Shown here piece after piece: positions 32,129-46,497 of a stretch of 64,000 nucleotides of DNA. Below the pieces are notes generated by a model, which saw only the letters and a list, made by a program, of their open reading frames with translations, did no database searches and was not told the origin of the DNA. The stretch lies in NCBI RefSeq assembly GCF_964204645.1, contig NC_134036.1:4122600-4186599 (forward strand), read 5' to 3'. Each line of letters opens with the position of its first letter. Position 1 is the stretch's first letter. This stretch comes from Tubulanus polymorphus. Taxonomy: Eukaryota; Animalia; Nemertea. Both the position numbers and the translations under genes were made by a program.

Positions 32129-35100
32129 ATGTTGTTCGGTATGGAGCAGCGACTGAGAGCGCTGTTTATAGCGTCGCTGATCGTCTGTCGAGTTCGCATC
32201 GCGCGCGCTGATCGCGCAGACTCTATCGAGGAATCGTCTGTGACGGTAAGTTTGTCTTGTAACGACACGTGGTACCCGCTAGATTCTACGTCCGGTTACA
32301 TCGTTTCACCGAATTACCCTTCGTTATCGCGCAGTGGTGAATGTCGTTGGTTCATCAACAGTTCTCTAACGCGAACTTTTCACGTCCAAGTTTACTACGA
32401 TATCGAGCCGTCAATATTCTGTGGTGATAACTATCTTCTCATTTACCGGTCTGACCACAGATTGTGCGGTGATGGAAAACATGAAATCCGCCGTAAAGAT
32501 TCGATCTCGTTTATGTTTAGGAGTAACGTCGATAGTGCCCGGGGTAGTCGGGTTTATATAACATATCGTTATGAACGAAATCATTTGACGATTAGTCACG
32601 ATTGCCCCAAAAATGTCGGATTGAACGCATTGCAATCATTGATTGGATATAGATTATCTATACGCTACTTCATTAGGTGTAAATTGTTTTTGGACTGGAC
32701 CGGGATGCCGGATGGTTTTGCAATGAATTTGACTTTTATGAAGTCAAGTATGACATTGTATCCAGGCGCTGATTCAGCGACGGCTGTTAAAATCCACGAC
32801 GGATGGAACAGCAGCAGTGAGCCTATAGGTCTTATACGAGAACAAACCGGACATCCGCCATCATCATTTTATACTAAAACAAACAAAGCCGTCATATCTC
32901 TCCTTCATCGTCGACGGCAATTTCAGTCGCAGCTTTTAGTCCAGGTTTATAGAATATCAGATTGGAACGTATCTAATCCATTGATTCAGATCTCTAATAA
33001 CGAGTCGGGAGTGCTCATTCCCGATGACAACAGTTTACACGTAATAACTCGATCGAAACACTTACACTGCTGGTCTATCACAGTGCAGGTGTTACAGTAC
33101 GTCGTCTTCAACTGGACACGTGATCTCATCACATCCGCTGACGACATCGGTGTATATAAACTAGAAGGGTTACGCGTTGTAGGAACTGATATTTTACTCG
33201 GTTACAACTATCTGCAATCACTGAGTATTAAATCTGACGGCTTCCTGGTCGTATTGTGCGTTTTGAGGGGACAAAAATCAACAAAATCTCGTATAGTTAT
33301 TAACTTTAAAATGGAATCACTTTCAATAGAAGATGTACGCGTCGACAAATCTACGGTGAGTATACAATTGAATGATCTTTAAAATTGATGGTTCATATCA
33401 TTTATGAAAGTATCTGATTTGAAGAATATCTGTTGTAGATAAAACAGGGAATATCCTCCTTGTCACATTTCGTGAAGTTTCCGAATAATAAGAGGGCGAC
33501 ATTAACGTATAGCATTAATATATTACTATTTAAATGGAAAGTTGATATTTATGAAGAGAATTTGGAACTAACAGATTTATCAGAGAACTGCGAGCGAGCT
33601 GGATTTTACATATTCGACGGTGGTAATTTCACGGCTAGACGATACGGTCCGTATTGTCCTCGTTTATACGCCCCGTACGACCGTAACGTCGTCAGTCTGA
33701 TTACATCAGGTGGATCGGTTACTGTAGTAGCATACGCTTATAACTGGGACGGTCAGTTAACAGTCGGTAAGGAGTCACGCCTCAGATTTCGTCCTACCGA
33801 CTGTGACGGGTATGTTTTAAAGGAGGGAGAACGTCAGATCAACATGACGTCACACTGTCTCGTGATTACACCCGAAAACCGACGCCTCCCTTTGAGAAAC
33901 ATCTATATATTATCAGAACACGAATATCAAATCGACCGATGTTTCGAGGATTCATTATTATACGGTGTATGTAGCAGGTATCTGAGATTGAGTAGTCAGT
34001 ATCTCAATAACGGTTTCGTTTTGAACACCGCGAAAATTCGGGTTATGAATCCATTCTGGAATTATCCATTGATAGTTGAACTACGACGTAAATGTCAAAG
34101 ATTGAAGAAAGCCGAGCCGGAAGTTTTATTGCCTGTCATATTGAAAGATGAATGCGGGATATTACAATCACCGAATTATCCAGGATCGTCTGACAATCGA
34201 TTTCAACCGTTATATTTCAATTTCCCAAACGTGGTTCAACGTTACCAATTCCCATACTACAGATTTATAATCAAATATATTGAAATGATACGATGCGAGA
34301 AGGCAGAAACATTAGATAAAGACCCGATTGTAATACAACAATACATTACTGATACAAGTAGTGGTCAAACACATCGACACGAAAATAGAATATGTGACAA
34401 TAACGCGATACTGGGACTTGTGTTTTATAGTTTCAGACATGACAGTATGTACTTCGAGGTGAAAAATTACATACCGACATTTCAAATACAATACACATTA
34501 GAACAGTCGTTACCGGTAAAACAGTTTGAAAATGTCTGTAAATCAGGATTTCTAGATTCGGGAATTTCGTGCGTAAAATACATCAGAGATGAACGTCTGA
34601 ATTGGGAGAATGCTGAATTGTACTGTAGACAGAAGTACGCGGGACATCTACTCAGTCTCAACTCAGAACAGGAAAGGATTTCTATCAAACGATTATTCGC
34701 AACAGAACTTCTTCTAAATGCCTATTCACAGAAAGCGCTGATAATGATGATTGGATTAAAAATGCAGGTAAAATTCGTTAATATAGCTTTTAAAATTGAC
34801 AATATTCTAAGGAATGTGATGATTCTCTATCTTCGATTCTCAATTCTATTTTCAGCCTAGATCTGGTCATTACACGTGGACTGACGGGAAACCATTGAGC
34901 TACACAGAGTGGTATAAACCTACAAATAACGACACGATACCAGAAGAAATTCAAGGATTGATATCTCCTCTCAGAAAACAACCGATAAATAACGTCAATA
35001 TGCCGTGTACAGCGATGATACTGAATAATCCACGAGGTTCAGCCAACTGGGTTCGATTCCCCTGCGAAATCGAAGAGGTTCATACGAGTTTCATTTGCGA

Positions 35101-38089
35101 ATCGGAAATAATGAATATAGATAGAACTCTTACAAATTCAACAAATAACGACACATACGAGAAAATACGAGCAAATAAATTTCGAAATAACTCGAGCTGT
35201 ACAATTGGTTGGGTAAGCATAGACAGACAATGCTATCAAATACTGACTGACTGGAACAAACATCGAGGTTTAGATATAAAAGCTGCGAAAGAGATGTGTG
35301 ATAGCATCCGTGGTAAAATAGGCAGAATCAGCAAAAATACGGAAAGAGATATCTTTAAATTGATAAGAGAGTTTCATTACCAACATCAATATAGCTCTAT
35401 ACTAACGATGACTTTTAATGACAGACTTCAGGTTATACACCCAATAATCACTAGAGATGAAATTACGTATATTCAATCAGTTAAATGGATGATGAAACAG
35501 TTTGATAACGCGACAGATACAGCGCATTCTGTTTTGTGTTCATACAATGTAACTGATGTAGAGTTATCTTCTATAAGCGGTTGTAAATCGTGGCAGTTTG
35601 AATGTAACGATCGAAGATGTATCAGCGACCATCGCGTATGTGATACTAGAAACGACTGTCAACACGGTGAAGATGAACTCAATTGTACGGATATCAGTTT
35701 ACACAGTCATTTTCAATGCAATGATGGTCAGGTGATATCAATAAGTGGATTGTGTGACTTCATACAGGATTGTGTCGATGGTTCTGATGAGAAATATTGC
35801 TTTCATCCCCCGTGTTTGTCCGAACAATTTCGCTGTGACAGTGGCCAATGTATAAGTAGGTCGGACAGATGTAATGGATTTACTGATTGTAAGGACGACT
35901 CCGATGAAATGGGATGCACCACTCAAATGTGTCAAGGATTCCTGTGTAACAGTGGAGACTGCATCAGTTCTGAGTTGTATCAGGATGGTGTCGTGGATTG
36001 TAGTGGAAGCCTCGAAGAAGATGAATTAGTAACATCTTCAAATGTTACAGTGAATCCTACTGTTCAGTGCAATAATGAAAACTACTGCACGACTAACTTT
36101 ACAAATCTTTGTTCGAAATCCGATGAACAAAGATGTTCTTTCAATTCTCCTTATTGTTATGCAAGACTTTACAGATGTATTCTAGATAAAATGACAAATG
36201 GTTTCCCAGTTTGTAGAAATCTTGAGCACGTTTTGAGATGTGAAGAATTTGAATGTCCAGCTGGTACTGTAAAATGTCCAGCATCGTACTGTATACCGAT
36301 CAGACAAGTGTGCGATGGTCAATCAGATTGTCCTAATTCAGAAGATGAGCAAAACTGCGAGACATTTTCATGTCCGGGAATGTTTAAATGTGGTCAGGAA
36401 AATCGATGTATCCCACAATCTGAAGTGTGTGATGGAATCATTAATTGTAAACATACAACTGATGACGAGGCTTTCTGTAATGTCACGTGTCCTAAGGGCT
36501 GTAAATGTCAAGGTTATTTGATCGATTGTGAAAATGCTCGTTTATCAAGTATTACTGGTCTTTTTTCAGCATCAAGTCGAGTTTTAATTCTGTCAAATAA
36601 CGGAATTGTTCTGACCCAGTCAACGTTTACTGGTTTCGTGTATCTTCGAATGCTCAACATCTCCTTCAATGAATTGTCGTACATTTTACCAAACTCGTTC
36701 ACAAACCTGCATAATCTACATACATTAGACCTGACATACAACAACATAACATCATTATCTACGAATACATTCACCGGTTTGTATAGTTTGAAACAGTTAT
36801 TGATTACTGAAAATCCAATACGTCATTTAGAGGATGATACCTTCCAAGATTTGAAGGCACTCGAAATTCTCGATCTTCAAGGCCTTTCGTTGTTGGTACT
36901 TGGTAGAAATGTATTCAGGGGTTTATCTGCATTACAGTCGTTGAATATCAGCAGTAACAGAATCCATCATATTTCACGATATGCTTTTTCAGGATTGAAT
37001 GAAGTTAGAATTCTCGATGTCACCAATAACTCTGAATTCATTTCAACACAGACAGGCGTTTTCGTCAATCTGACATCATTAGTCTCCTTAGCGTCTGATG
37101 CTTACAAATTCTGTTGCATGGCTCCGAACGTTGAACAGTGCCTTCCCGAAGCTGATCAATTTTCCTCGTGTTCTGATCTGATGGGTAACACAGTTCTCAG
37201 AGCTATCATCTGGGTCATCGCTGCGTTCAGTTTTTTAGCGAACGGTGGCGTCATTTTATTTCGGCTTCGGTCAATTCGACTCTCGCCTTCCGAAAAGCGT
37301 AACACATCGTCTGACATCCTTATAATCAATATCGCAGCTTGTGATTTTTTGATGTCGATTTATTTGTTTTTGATCGCGGGAGCAGATTACGTCTATAAAG
37401 GAGAATATTTCCTAAATTCTGAAACTTGGACGGACAGTTCATTGTGTACTATCGCTGGATTTACGGTGACTATTTCTTGTGAGGGCTCATTAACGTTTCT
37501 GTTTATTCTAACGCGTCATAGATTCTCAAATGTCATTAATCCATTTTCTGGAAGCCCGATAACATCTCCGAGATATGTATCAATGATTTGTTGCATATGT
37601 TGGTTATCAATTAGTACTATTTCTATAATACCACTGTCACAGTCATCTTTCTTCGGGAACAACTTCTATGGCAGTACCGGAGTTTGTTTACCGATGAATT
37701 TAATTTCTATTGATGTCAACGCCTGGCAATATTCATTTGCCATTTTCACCGTCTTAAACTATGTCATACTTGCTACAATAATGGCGACTTATGCGCAAAT
37801 GTACAGACACGTATCTGGAAGTAGGTCTGGTTCGGGTAGAATCGACCCTACAGAACTCATCTTGGCACGCAGGAGTTTGGTCATAAATCTTTGTAATTCA
37901 TTTTGCTGGCTGCCGTTAATTATCGTTCAGTTTTGCGCGGTATTACGGATAGAAATACCGAATCAGGTGGCGGCTTGGCTGGCGGTTCTTTTTTTACCGG
38001 TCAACTCGTCCCTCAATCCCCTTCTTTACACCATACTGACTATCGATATGAAATCAATACGGGCAAAAACTAAACGCTCACGGCATTAG
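32129..38089 (+). CDS. GRL101-like LGR, copy 4 (chimera of copy-5 5' end and copy-3 3' end), ~1929 aa
   Basis: Exons 32129-33355, 33439-34767, 34856-38089; frame intact. Confidence 0.9.
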
Positions 38090-39301
38090 ACAAATTCAAA
38101 TGTAAAAAAGACTTGGTCCTTAGAAAAGTTTCCGTCATTTTTCAGTTTTGTACGTGATCTCATTATTTCATTTCTTAATATCAAAAATAGAAACTTGTTA
38201 ACTGTTTATGAGATGATCGATAGAAATGGATGTTGGTTTGCTTGCGAAACGTTGTGGTTTGGTCGTTGTCTCGGGTGACGTACTAACTGTGTGAAAATAT
38301 GGAAGATCTGTTTTTGAAATTGAGCCGATTAAATATTTAATATCGCATGGTGTTTAAGTTTATTTTCGATTATGCACGTCTTTTAAGGTGAATCAGCTCG
38401 CGTGAAGTGTGGATGATCAGATTTTGAAATCAAGCTGATGAAATATCTAACGTCTGATGTTGCAGTGTATCTGACATTTGCCGAAAGTTCTCCGGGCTAC
38501 AGACAACAAATTGACGCCTGTATTCTATACGTGTTTCCATCCGTTCTTATTTCCACTCAAAAATATTGAATTCATTTCTTTATTTTTTTACGTTTAGAAT
38601 TATATATACACATTTATTCGCGTTCATCGTTGAAATTAAAGAAATTAGACCATCGTCGTGTTGAGTCTGAATATAGATAAAAAATAAGAGTTATCGTTGT
38701 TGTGATATCGTCTTCTTTCCCCGATGGAAATATCGGCATTTTAAAACTTAACCGAGGTTCATTTCAGACTAGTCGCCGTCTATGATATCTATCAAGTACT
38801 ATATCAAAAAGCCCACAGTATTGACGAAAAAAAAAACACTAACAAATATGTTTCGTCGAAATTTCGGTGGATTTTTTAATTCATCTTAAGTTAATTCATT
38901 CAAAATGACACCTTAAATAAATCTCCGAAGGTCGAGCTAATCCATAGTTCAGGCCTTTCGGATGCCGTTCGTGGATATTGTGGCGGTTCTCATTTTTCTG
39001 ATAATATAGAATTAATTTCAATTCAAAACCAACAAATCCCTATGGAAAATATGCAGAATATGCAAAATATGCAGAATATCAGCACGTAAGGAAGTGACAA
39101 TACGAGGCCAGTCCTAAATGTGAGACATTCAAAAATTTACTAAACTCTATTAAAAACAAACATGACGTAGAAAAACGCAAAAATATGATGATAAATCGAT
39201 ACGAAAATCGATGTTTAAAAAAGTGTAAATGAAAAATTAACCAGTTCTTGAGTAATTTTCCATAAAAGTAGAAAAAATCTTTTCAATTCATCAACCAAAA
39301 A

Positions 39302-40012
39302 TGACCTAGTTAAATACTCATCAGTGCGAGGGTCAACTTACCCAGTCCGAAACGCAACAGTGACTAGGTCAAGTGACCTAGTTTGATACTCAACAGTGCG
39401 GGGCTCAAAGGACCTAGTCAAATACTCATCAATGCAGTGCTCAATAATGGCCTAGTTGAATACGCATCAGTGCGGGGATCAAGTGGCCCAGTCCAATACT
39501 CATCAGTGTGTCCGGGGTTCAACTGACCTAGTTGAATACTCATCAGTGTTGGGGTCAATTGACCCAGTCCAATACTCTTCAGTGTCTCCGGGGTTCAACA
39601 GACCTAGTTGAATACACACCCGTGTGTGCGGGGGACAACTGGCCTAGTTGAATACTCATCAGTGCGGGGGTCAATTGACCTAGTTGAATACTCATCAGTG
39701 CAGGAGTCAATTGACCTAGTTGAATACTCATTAGTGTGGGGATCAATTGACCTAGTTGAATACTCATCAGTGCAGGAGTCAATTGACCTAGTTGAAAACT
39801 CATCAGTGCAGGAGTCAATTGACCTAGTTGAATACCCATCAGTGCAGGAGTCAATTGACCTAGTTGAATACTCATCAGTGCAGGAGTCAATTGACCTAGT
39901 TGAATACTCATCAGTTCAGGAGTCAATTGACCTAGTTGAATACTCATCAGTGCAGGAGTCAATTGACCTAGTTGAATACTCATCAGTGCGGGGATGTAAC
40001 TGACCTAGTTGA
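39302..40012. repeat. Expanded 36-bp minisatellite upstream of receptor copy 5
   Basis: Apparently identical to 30912-31622 (offset 8390). Confidence 0.95.
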
Positions 40013-40518
40013 TGTAGCTTATCGCAGATGTGAGACTGGTATGATTCTAGTCAGAATGATGAGTTCCATAATCGCACAGTACATCAGCGACAATATTATA
40101 AAATCGGAATATATGAAAGATTCGCTCCCAGAAAAAACCCTGAACGAAAGATGCGAAATTATTAATCAGAACATTTTTGAAATATAATTGGACATAGATA
40201 TTTACGACATGTGGAAACATGAAAGTGGAAATTGCTGCGCGGATAGATGGTAATAACTGTGAAGCTCGTCCGTAGCTGGTAGTTTCTGTTCGATCGAACA
40301 TAAATGACATGAACCGATTTCGACAAAATATCATGCAATGGTTGAAAAATATAGTTATATTCCGAAGTTGCCGAGCCCTGCAACTGATTGGTAAAACATC
40401 TAAATGCTGCATCGATTTTGTAGAGAATTTGAAGATAGAAACTGACACGAACAACTGATCAGTGATTGAAATAAAAAGAACTTGCATCGATCATGAATTT
40501 CATCGTTGTATCGTGTTG

Positions 40519-43500
40519 ATGTTGTTCGGTATGGAGCAGCGACTGAGAGCGCTGTTTATAGCGTCGCTGATCGTCTGTCGAGTTCGCATCGCGCGCGCTG
40601 ATCGCGCAGACTCTATCGAGGAATCGTCTGTGACGGTAAGTTTGTCTTGTAACGACACGTGGTACCCGCTAGATTCTACGTCCGGTTACATCGTTTCACC
40701 GAATTACCCTTCGTTATCGCGCAGTGGTGAATGTCGTTGGTTCATCAACAGTTCTCTAACGCGAACTTTTCACGTCCAAGTTTACTACGATATCGAGCCG
40801 TCAATATTCTGTGGTGATAACTATCTTCTCATTTACCGGTCTGACCACAGATTGTGCGGTGATGGAAAACATGAAATCCGCCGTAAAGATTCGATCTCGT
40901 TTATGTTTAGGAGTAACGTCGATAGTGCCCGGGGTAGTCGGGTTTATATAACATATCGTTATGAACGAAATCATTTGACGATTAGTCACGATTGCCCCAA
41001 AAATGTCGGATTGAACGCATTGCAATCATTGATTGGATATAGATTATCTATACGCTACTTCATTAGGTGTAAATTGTTTTTGGACTGGACCGGGATGCCG
41101 GATGGTTTTGCAATGAATTTGACTTTTATGAAGTCAAGTATGACATTGTATCCAGGCGCTGATTCAGCGACGGCTGTTAAAATCCACGACGGATGGAACA
41201 GCAGCAGTGAGCCTATAGGTCTTATACGAGAACAAACCGGACATCCGCCATCATCATTTTATACTAAAACAAACAAAGCCGTCATATCTCTCCTTCATCG
41301 TCGACGGCAATTTCAGTCGCAGCTTTTAGTCCAGGTTTATAGAATATCAGATTGGAACGTATCTAATCCATTGATTCAGATCTCTAATAACGAGTCGGGA
41401 GTGCTCATTCCCGATGACAACAGTTTACACGTAATAACTCGATCGAAACACTTACACTGCTGGTCTATCACAGTGCAGGTGTTACAGTACGTCGTCTTCA
41501 ACTGGACACGTGATCTCATCACATCCGCTGACGACATCGGTGTATATAAACTAGAAGGGTTACGCGTTGTAGGAACTGATATTTTACTCGGTTACAACTA
41601 TCTGCAATCACTGAGTATTAAATCTGACGGCTTCCTGGTCGTATTGTGCGTTTTGAGGGGACAAAAATCAACAAAATCTCGTATAGTTATTAACTTTAAA
41701 ATGGAATCACTTTCAATAGAAGATGTACGCGTCGACAAATCTACGGTGAGTATACAATTGAATGATCTTTAAAATTGATGGTTCATATCATTTATGAAAG
41801 TATCTGATTTGAAGAATATCTGTTGTAGATAAAACAGGGAATATCCTCCTTGTCACATTTCGTGAAGTTTCCGAATAATAAGAGGGCGACATTAACGTAT
41901 AGCATTAATATATTACTATTTAAATGGAAAGTTGATATTTATGAAGAGAATTTGGAACTAACAGATTTATCAGAGAACTGCGAGCGAGCTGGATTTTACA
42001 TATTCGACGGTGGTAATTTCACGGCTAGACGATACGGTCCGTATTGTCCTCGTTTATACGCCCCGTACGACCGTAACGTCGTCAGTCTGATTACATCAGG
42101 TGGATCGGTTACTGTAGTAGCATACGCTTATAACTGGGACGGTCAGTTAACAGTCGGTAAGGAGTCACGCCTCAGATTTCGTCCTACCGACTGTGACGGG
42201 TATGTTTTAAAGGAGGGAGAACGTCAGATCAACATGACGTCACACTGTCTCGTGATTACACCCGAAAACCGACGCCTTCCTTTGAGAAATATTTATATAT
42301 TATCCGAACACGAATATCAAATTGACCGATGCTTTCGGGATTCTTTATTGTACGGTGTATGTAGCAGGTATCTGAGATTGAGTAGTCAGATTCTCAATAA
42401 CGGTTTCGTTTTGAACACCGCGAAAATTCGGGTTATGAATCCATTCTGGAATTATCCATTGATAGTTGAACTACGACGCAAATGTCAAAGATTGAAGAAA
42501 TCCGAGCAGGACATTCTAATGCCTGTCATGTTGAAAGATGAATGCGGGATATTACAATCACCGAATTATCCTGGATCGTCTGAGTATCGATTTCAACCGT
42601 TATATTTCAATTTCCCAAACGTGATTCAACGTTACCAATTCCAATACTACAGATTTATAATCAAATATATAGAAATGATACGATGCGAGAAGGCAGTGAC
42701 AAGAGACAAGGACCCGATTGTAATACAACAACTAGTCAGAGATAGCGGTCAAATACATCGACACGAAAATAAAATATGTGACAATAACGCGATAACGGGA
42801 CTTGTGTTTTATAGTTTAAGAGATGAGATCCTGTGGTTTGAGGTGAAAAGTCACATACCGACATTTCAAATACAATACACATTAGAACAGTCGTTACCGG
42901 TAAAACAGTTTGAAAATGTCTGTAAATCAGGATTTCTAGATTCGGGAATTTCCTGCGTTAAATACATCAGAGATGAACGTCTGAATTGGGAGAATGCTGA
43001 ATTGTACTGTAGACAGAAGTACGCGGGACATCTACTCAGTATCAACTCAGAACGGGAGATGATGGCTATCAAGACGTTATTCGCTACAAAACTTCTTTTG
43101 AAGGCATATTCACAGAAAGCGCTCATATTGATAATTGGATTAAAAATGCAGGTGAAATTCGTTAATATAGTTTCCAAATATTTCCTTTTTAAAATGGACA
43201 ATCTTTTAAGGAATGTGATAATTCTCTATCTTCGATTCTCAATTCTATTTTCAGCCTAGATCTGGTCATTACATGTGGACTGACGGGAAACCATTGAGCT
43301 ACACAGAGTGGTATAAACCTACAAATAACGACACGATACCAGAAGTTATTCGAGGATTGATATCTCCTCTCAGAAAACAACCGATAAATGACGTCAATAT
43401 GCCGTGTACAGCGATGATACTGAATAATCCACGAGGATCGGCGAACTGGGTTCGATTCCCCTGCGAGATCGAAGAGGTTCATACCAGTTTCATTTGCGAA

Positions 43501-46497
43501 TCGGAAAGATTGGACACAGATCTAAATACAACACATTCGACAAACAACGAAACATTTGAGCAGATACAAGATAAATCATTTGGAGACTCTGGTTTCAAAA
43601 ACTCGAGCTGTAAGATTGGTTGGGTAAGCATAGATAAACAATGCTATCAAATATTGACGGACTGGAACAAACATCGACGTTTAGATAAAGAAACTGTGAC
43701 AGAGGCGTGTGATAGCATCCGTGGTAAAATAGGCAGATTAAGCAAACATACAGAAAAAGATATCTTTAATTTGATAAGAGCATTTCAATATCGACATCAA
43801 TATAGCTCTATACTAACGATGACTTCTAATGACAGACTTCAGGTTATACACCCAATAATCACTAGAGATGAAATGACTTATATTCAATCAGTTAAATGGA
43901 TGATGAAACAGTTTGATAACGCGACAGATACAGCGCATTCTGTTTTGTGTTCATACAATGTAACTGATGAATTGGCTTCTATAAGCGGTTGTAAATCGTG
44001 GCAGTTTGAATGTAACGATCGAAAATGTATCGGCGACCATCGCGTATGTGATACTAGAAACGACTGTCAACACGGTGAAGATGAACTCAATTGTACGGAT
44101 ATAGATTTACACAGTCATTTTCAATGCAATGATGGTCAGATTATATCAATAAGTGGATTCTGTGACTTCATGCAGGATTGTGTGGATGGTTCTGATGAGA
44201 AATCTTGTTTTCATCCCCCCTGTTTGTCCGAACAATTTCGCTGTGACAGTGGCCAATGTATAAGTAGGTCGGACAGATGTAATGGATTTACTGATTGTAA
44301 GGACGACTCCGATGAAATGGGATGCACCACTCAAATGTGTCAAGGATTCCTGTGTAACAGTGGAAACTGTATCAGTTCTGAGTTGTATCAGGATGGTGTC
44401 GTGGATTGTAGTGGAAGCCTCGAAGAAGATGAATTAGTAACATCTTCTAATGTTACAGTGAATCCTACTGTTCAGTGCAATAATGAAAACTACTGCACAA
44501 CTAACTTTACAAATCTTTGTTCGAAATCCGATGAACAAAGATGTTCTTTCAATTCTCCTCATTGTTATGCAAGACGTCACAGATGTATTCTAGATAAAAT
44601 GACAAATGGTTTCCCAATTTGTAGAAATCTTGAGCACGTTTTGAGATGTGAAGAATTTGAATGTCCAGCTGGTACTGTAAAATGTCCAGCATCGTACTGT
44701 ATACCGATCAGACAGGTGTGCGATGGTCAATCAGATTGTTCTAATTCAGAAGATGAGCAAAACTGCGAGACATTTTCATGTCCGGGAATGTTTAAATGTG
44801 GTCAGGAAAATCGATGTATCTCACAATCTGAAGTGTGTGATGGGGTCGTTAATTGTAAACATACAACTGATGACGAGGCTTTCTGTAACGTCACGTGTCC
44901 TAAGGGCTGTAAATGTCAAGGTCATTTGATCGATTGTGATAACGCTCGTTTATCAAATATTACTAGTCTTTTTTCAGCATCAAGTCGAGTTTTAGTTCTG
45001 TCAAATAATGGAATTGTTCTGACCCAGTCGACGTTTACTGCTTTCGTGTATCTTCGAATGCTCAACATCTCCTTCAATGAATTGTCTTATATTTTACCAA
45101 ACTCGTTCACAAACTTGCATAATCTATATACATTAGACCTGACATACAACAACATAACATCATTATCTACAAATACATTCACCGGTTTGTATAGTTTGAA
45201 ACAGTTATTGATTACTGAAAATCCACTACGTCATTTAGAGGACGACACCTTCCAAGATTTGAAGGCACTCGAAATTCTCGATCTTCACGGACTTTCGTTG
45301 TTGGTGCTTGGTAGATTTGTATTTCGAGGTTTATCTGCATTACAGTCGTTGAATATCAGCAGTAACAGAATCAATCATATTTCACTATATTCTTTTTCAG
45401 GATTGAATGAAGTAAGGACTCTCGATATAACTAACAACTACAAAGTCATTTCAACAGAGACAGGTGTTTTCGTCAATCTGACATCATTAGTCTCCTTAGC
45501 GTCTGATGCTTACAAATTTTGTTGCATGGCTCCGAACGTTGACCAGTGCCTTCCCGAAGCTGATCAATTTTCCTCCTGTTCTGATCTGATGGGTAACACA
45601 GTCCTCAGAGCTATCATTTGGGTCATCGCTGCGTTCGGTTTCCTCGCGAATAGTATTGTCATTTTATTTCGTTATCGATCTATTCGACTTTCGTCCTCCG
45701 AAAAGCGTAACACATCTTCTGATATCCTAATTATCAATATCGCAGCTTGTGATTTTCTGATGTCGATTTATTTATTTTTGATAGCGGGAGCAGATTACGT
45801 TTATAAAGGAGTTTATTTCCTAAATTCTGAAACTTGGACCGACAGTTCATTTTGTAGTTTCGGTGGAGTTATAGTGACCATTTCCTGTGAAGGCTCATTA
45901 ACGTTTCTGTTTATTCTAACGCGTCACAGATTTTCAAATATCATTAATCCATTTTCGGGAAGCCCGATTGCATCTCCGAGATATGTATCAATAATTTGTT
46001 GCATATGTTGGCTATCAATAAGTACAATTTCTTTAATACCACTGTCACAGTCATCTTACTTCGGGAACAAATTCTACGGCACAACCGGAGTTTGTTTACC
46101 TATGAATTTAATAGCAATCGATGTCAACGCCTGGCAATATTCATTCGCTATTTTCACCGTCTTAAACTCTGTCATACTTGCTACCATAATGGCGACTTAT
46201 GCGCAAATGTACAGCCACGTATCTGGAAGTAGGTCTGGTTCGGGTAGAATCGACCCTACTGAACTCATATTGGCACGCAGGAGTTTGGTGATAAATCTGT
46301 GTAATTTATTTTGTTGGCTGCCGTTAATTATCGTTCAGTTTTGCGCCGTATTACGGGTAGAAATACCGAATCAGGTGGCGGCTTGGCTGGCTGTTCTTTT
46401 CTTACCGATCAACTCGTCCCTCAATCCCCTTCTTTACACAATACTGACAATCGATATGAAATCAATACGGGCAAAAACTAAACGCTTACGGTATTAG
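40519..46497 (+). CDS. GRL101-like LGR, copy 5, ~1930 aa
   Basis: Exons 40519-41745, 41829-43151, 43255-46497; frame intact; most divergent 7TM region and a unique 3' flank. Confidence 0.9.

Larger units (their letters stand above)
25447..42277. repeat. Near-identical 8,390-bp tandem segmental duplication (25447-33887 vs 33837-42277)
   Basis: Constant 8,390 offset of all ORFs (e.g. 26505/34895, 31189/39579, 32072/40462); only two substitutions spotted by eye (26654/35044 and 26719/35109). Confidence 0.93.
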
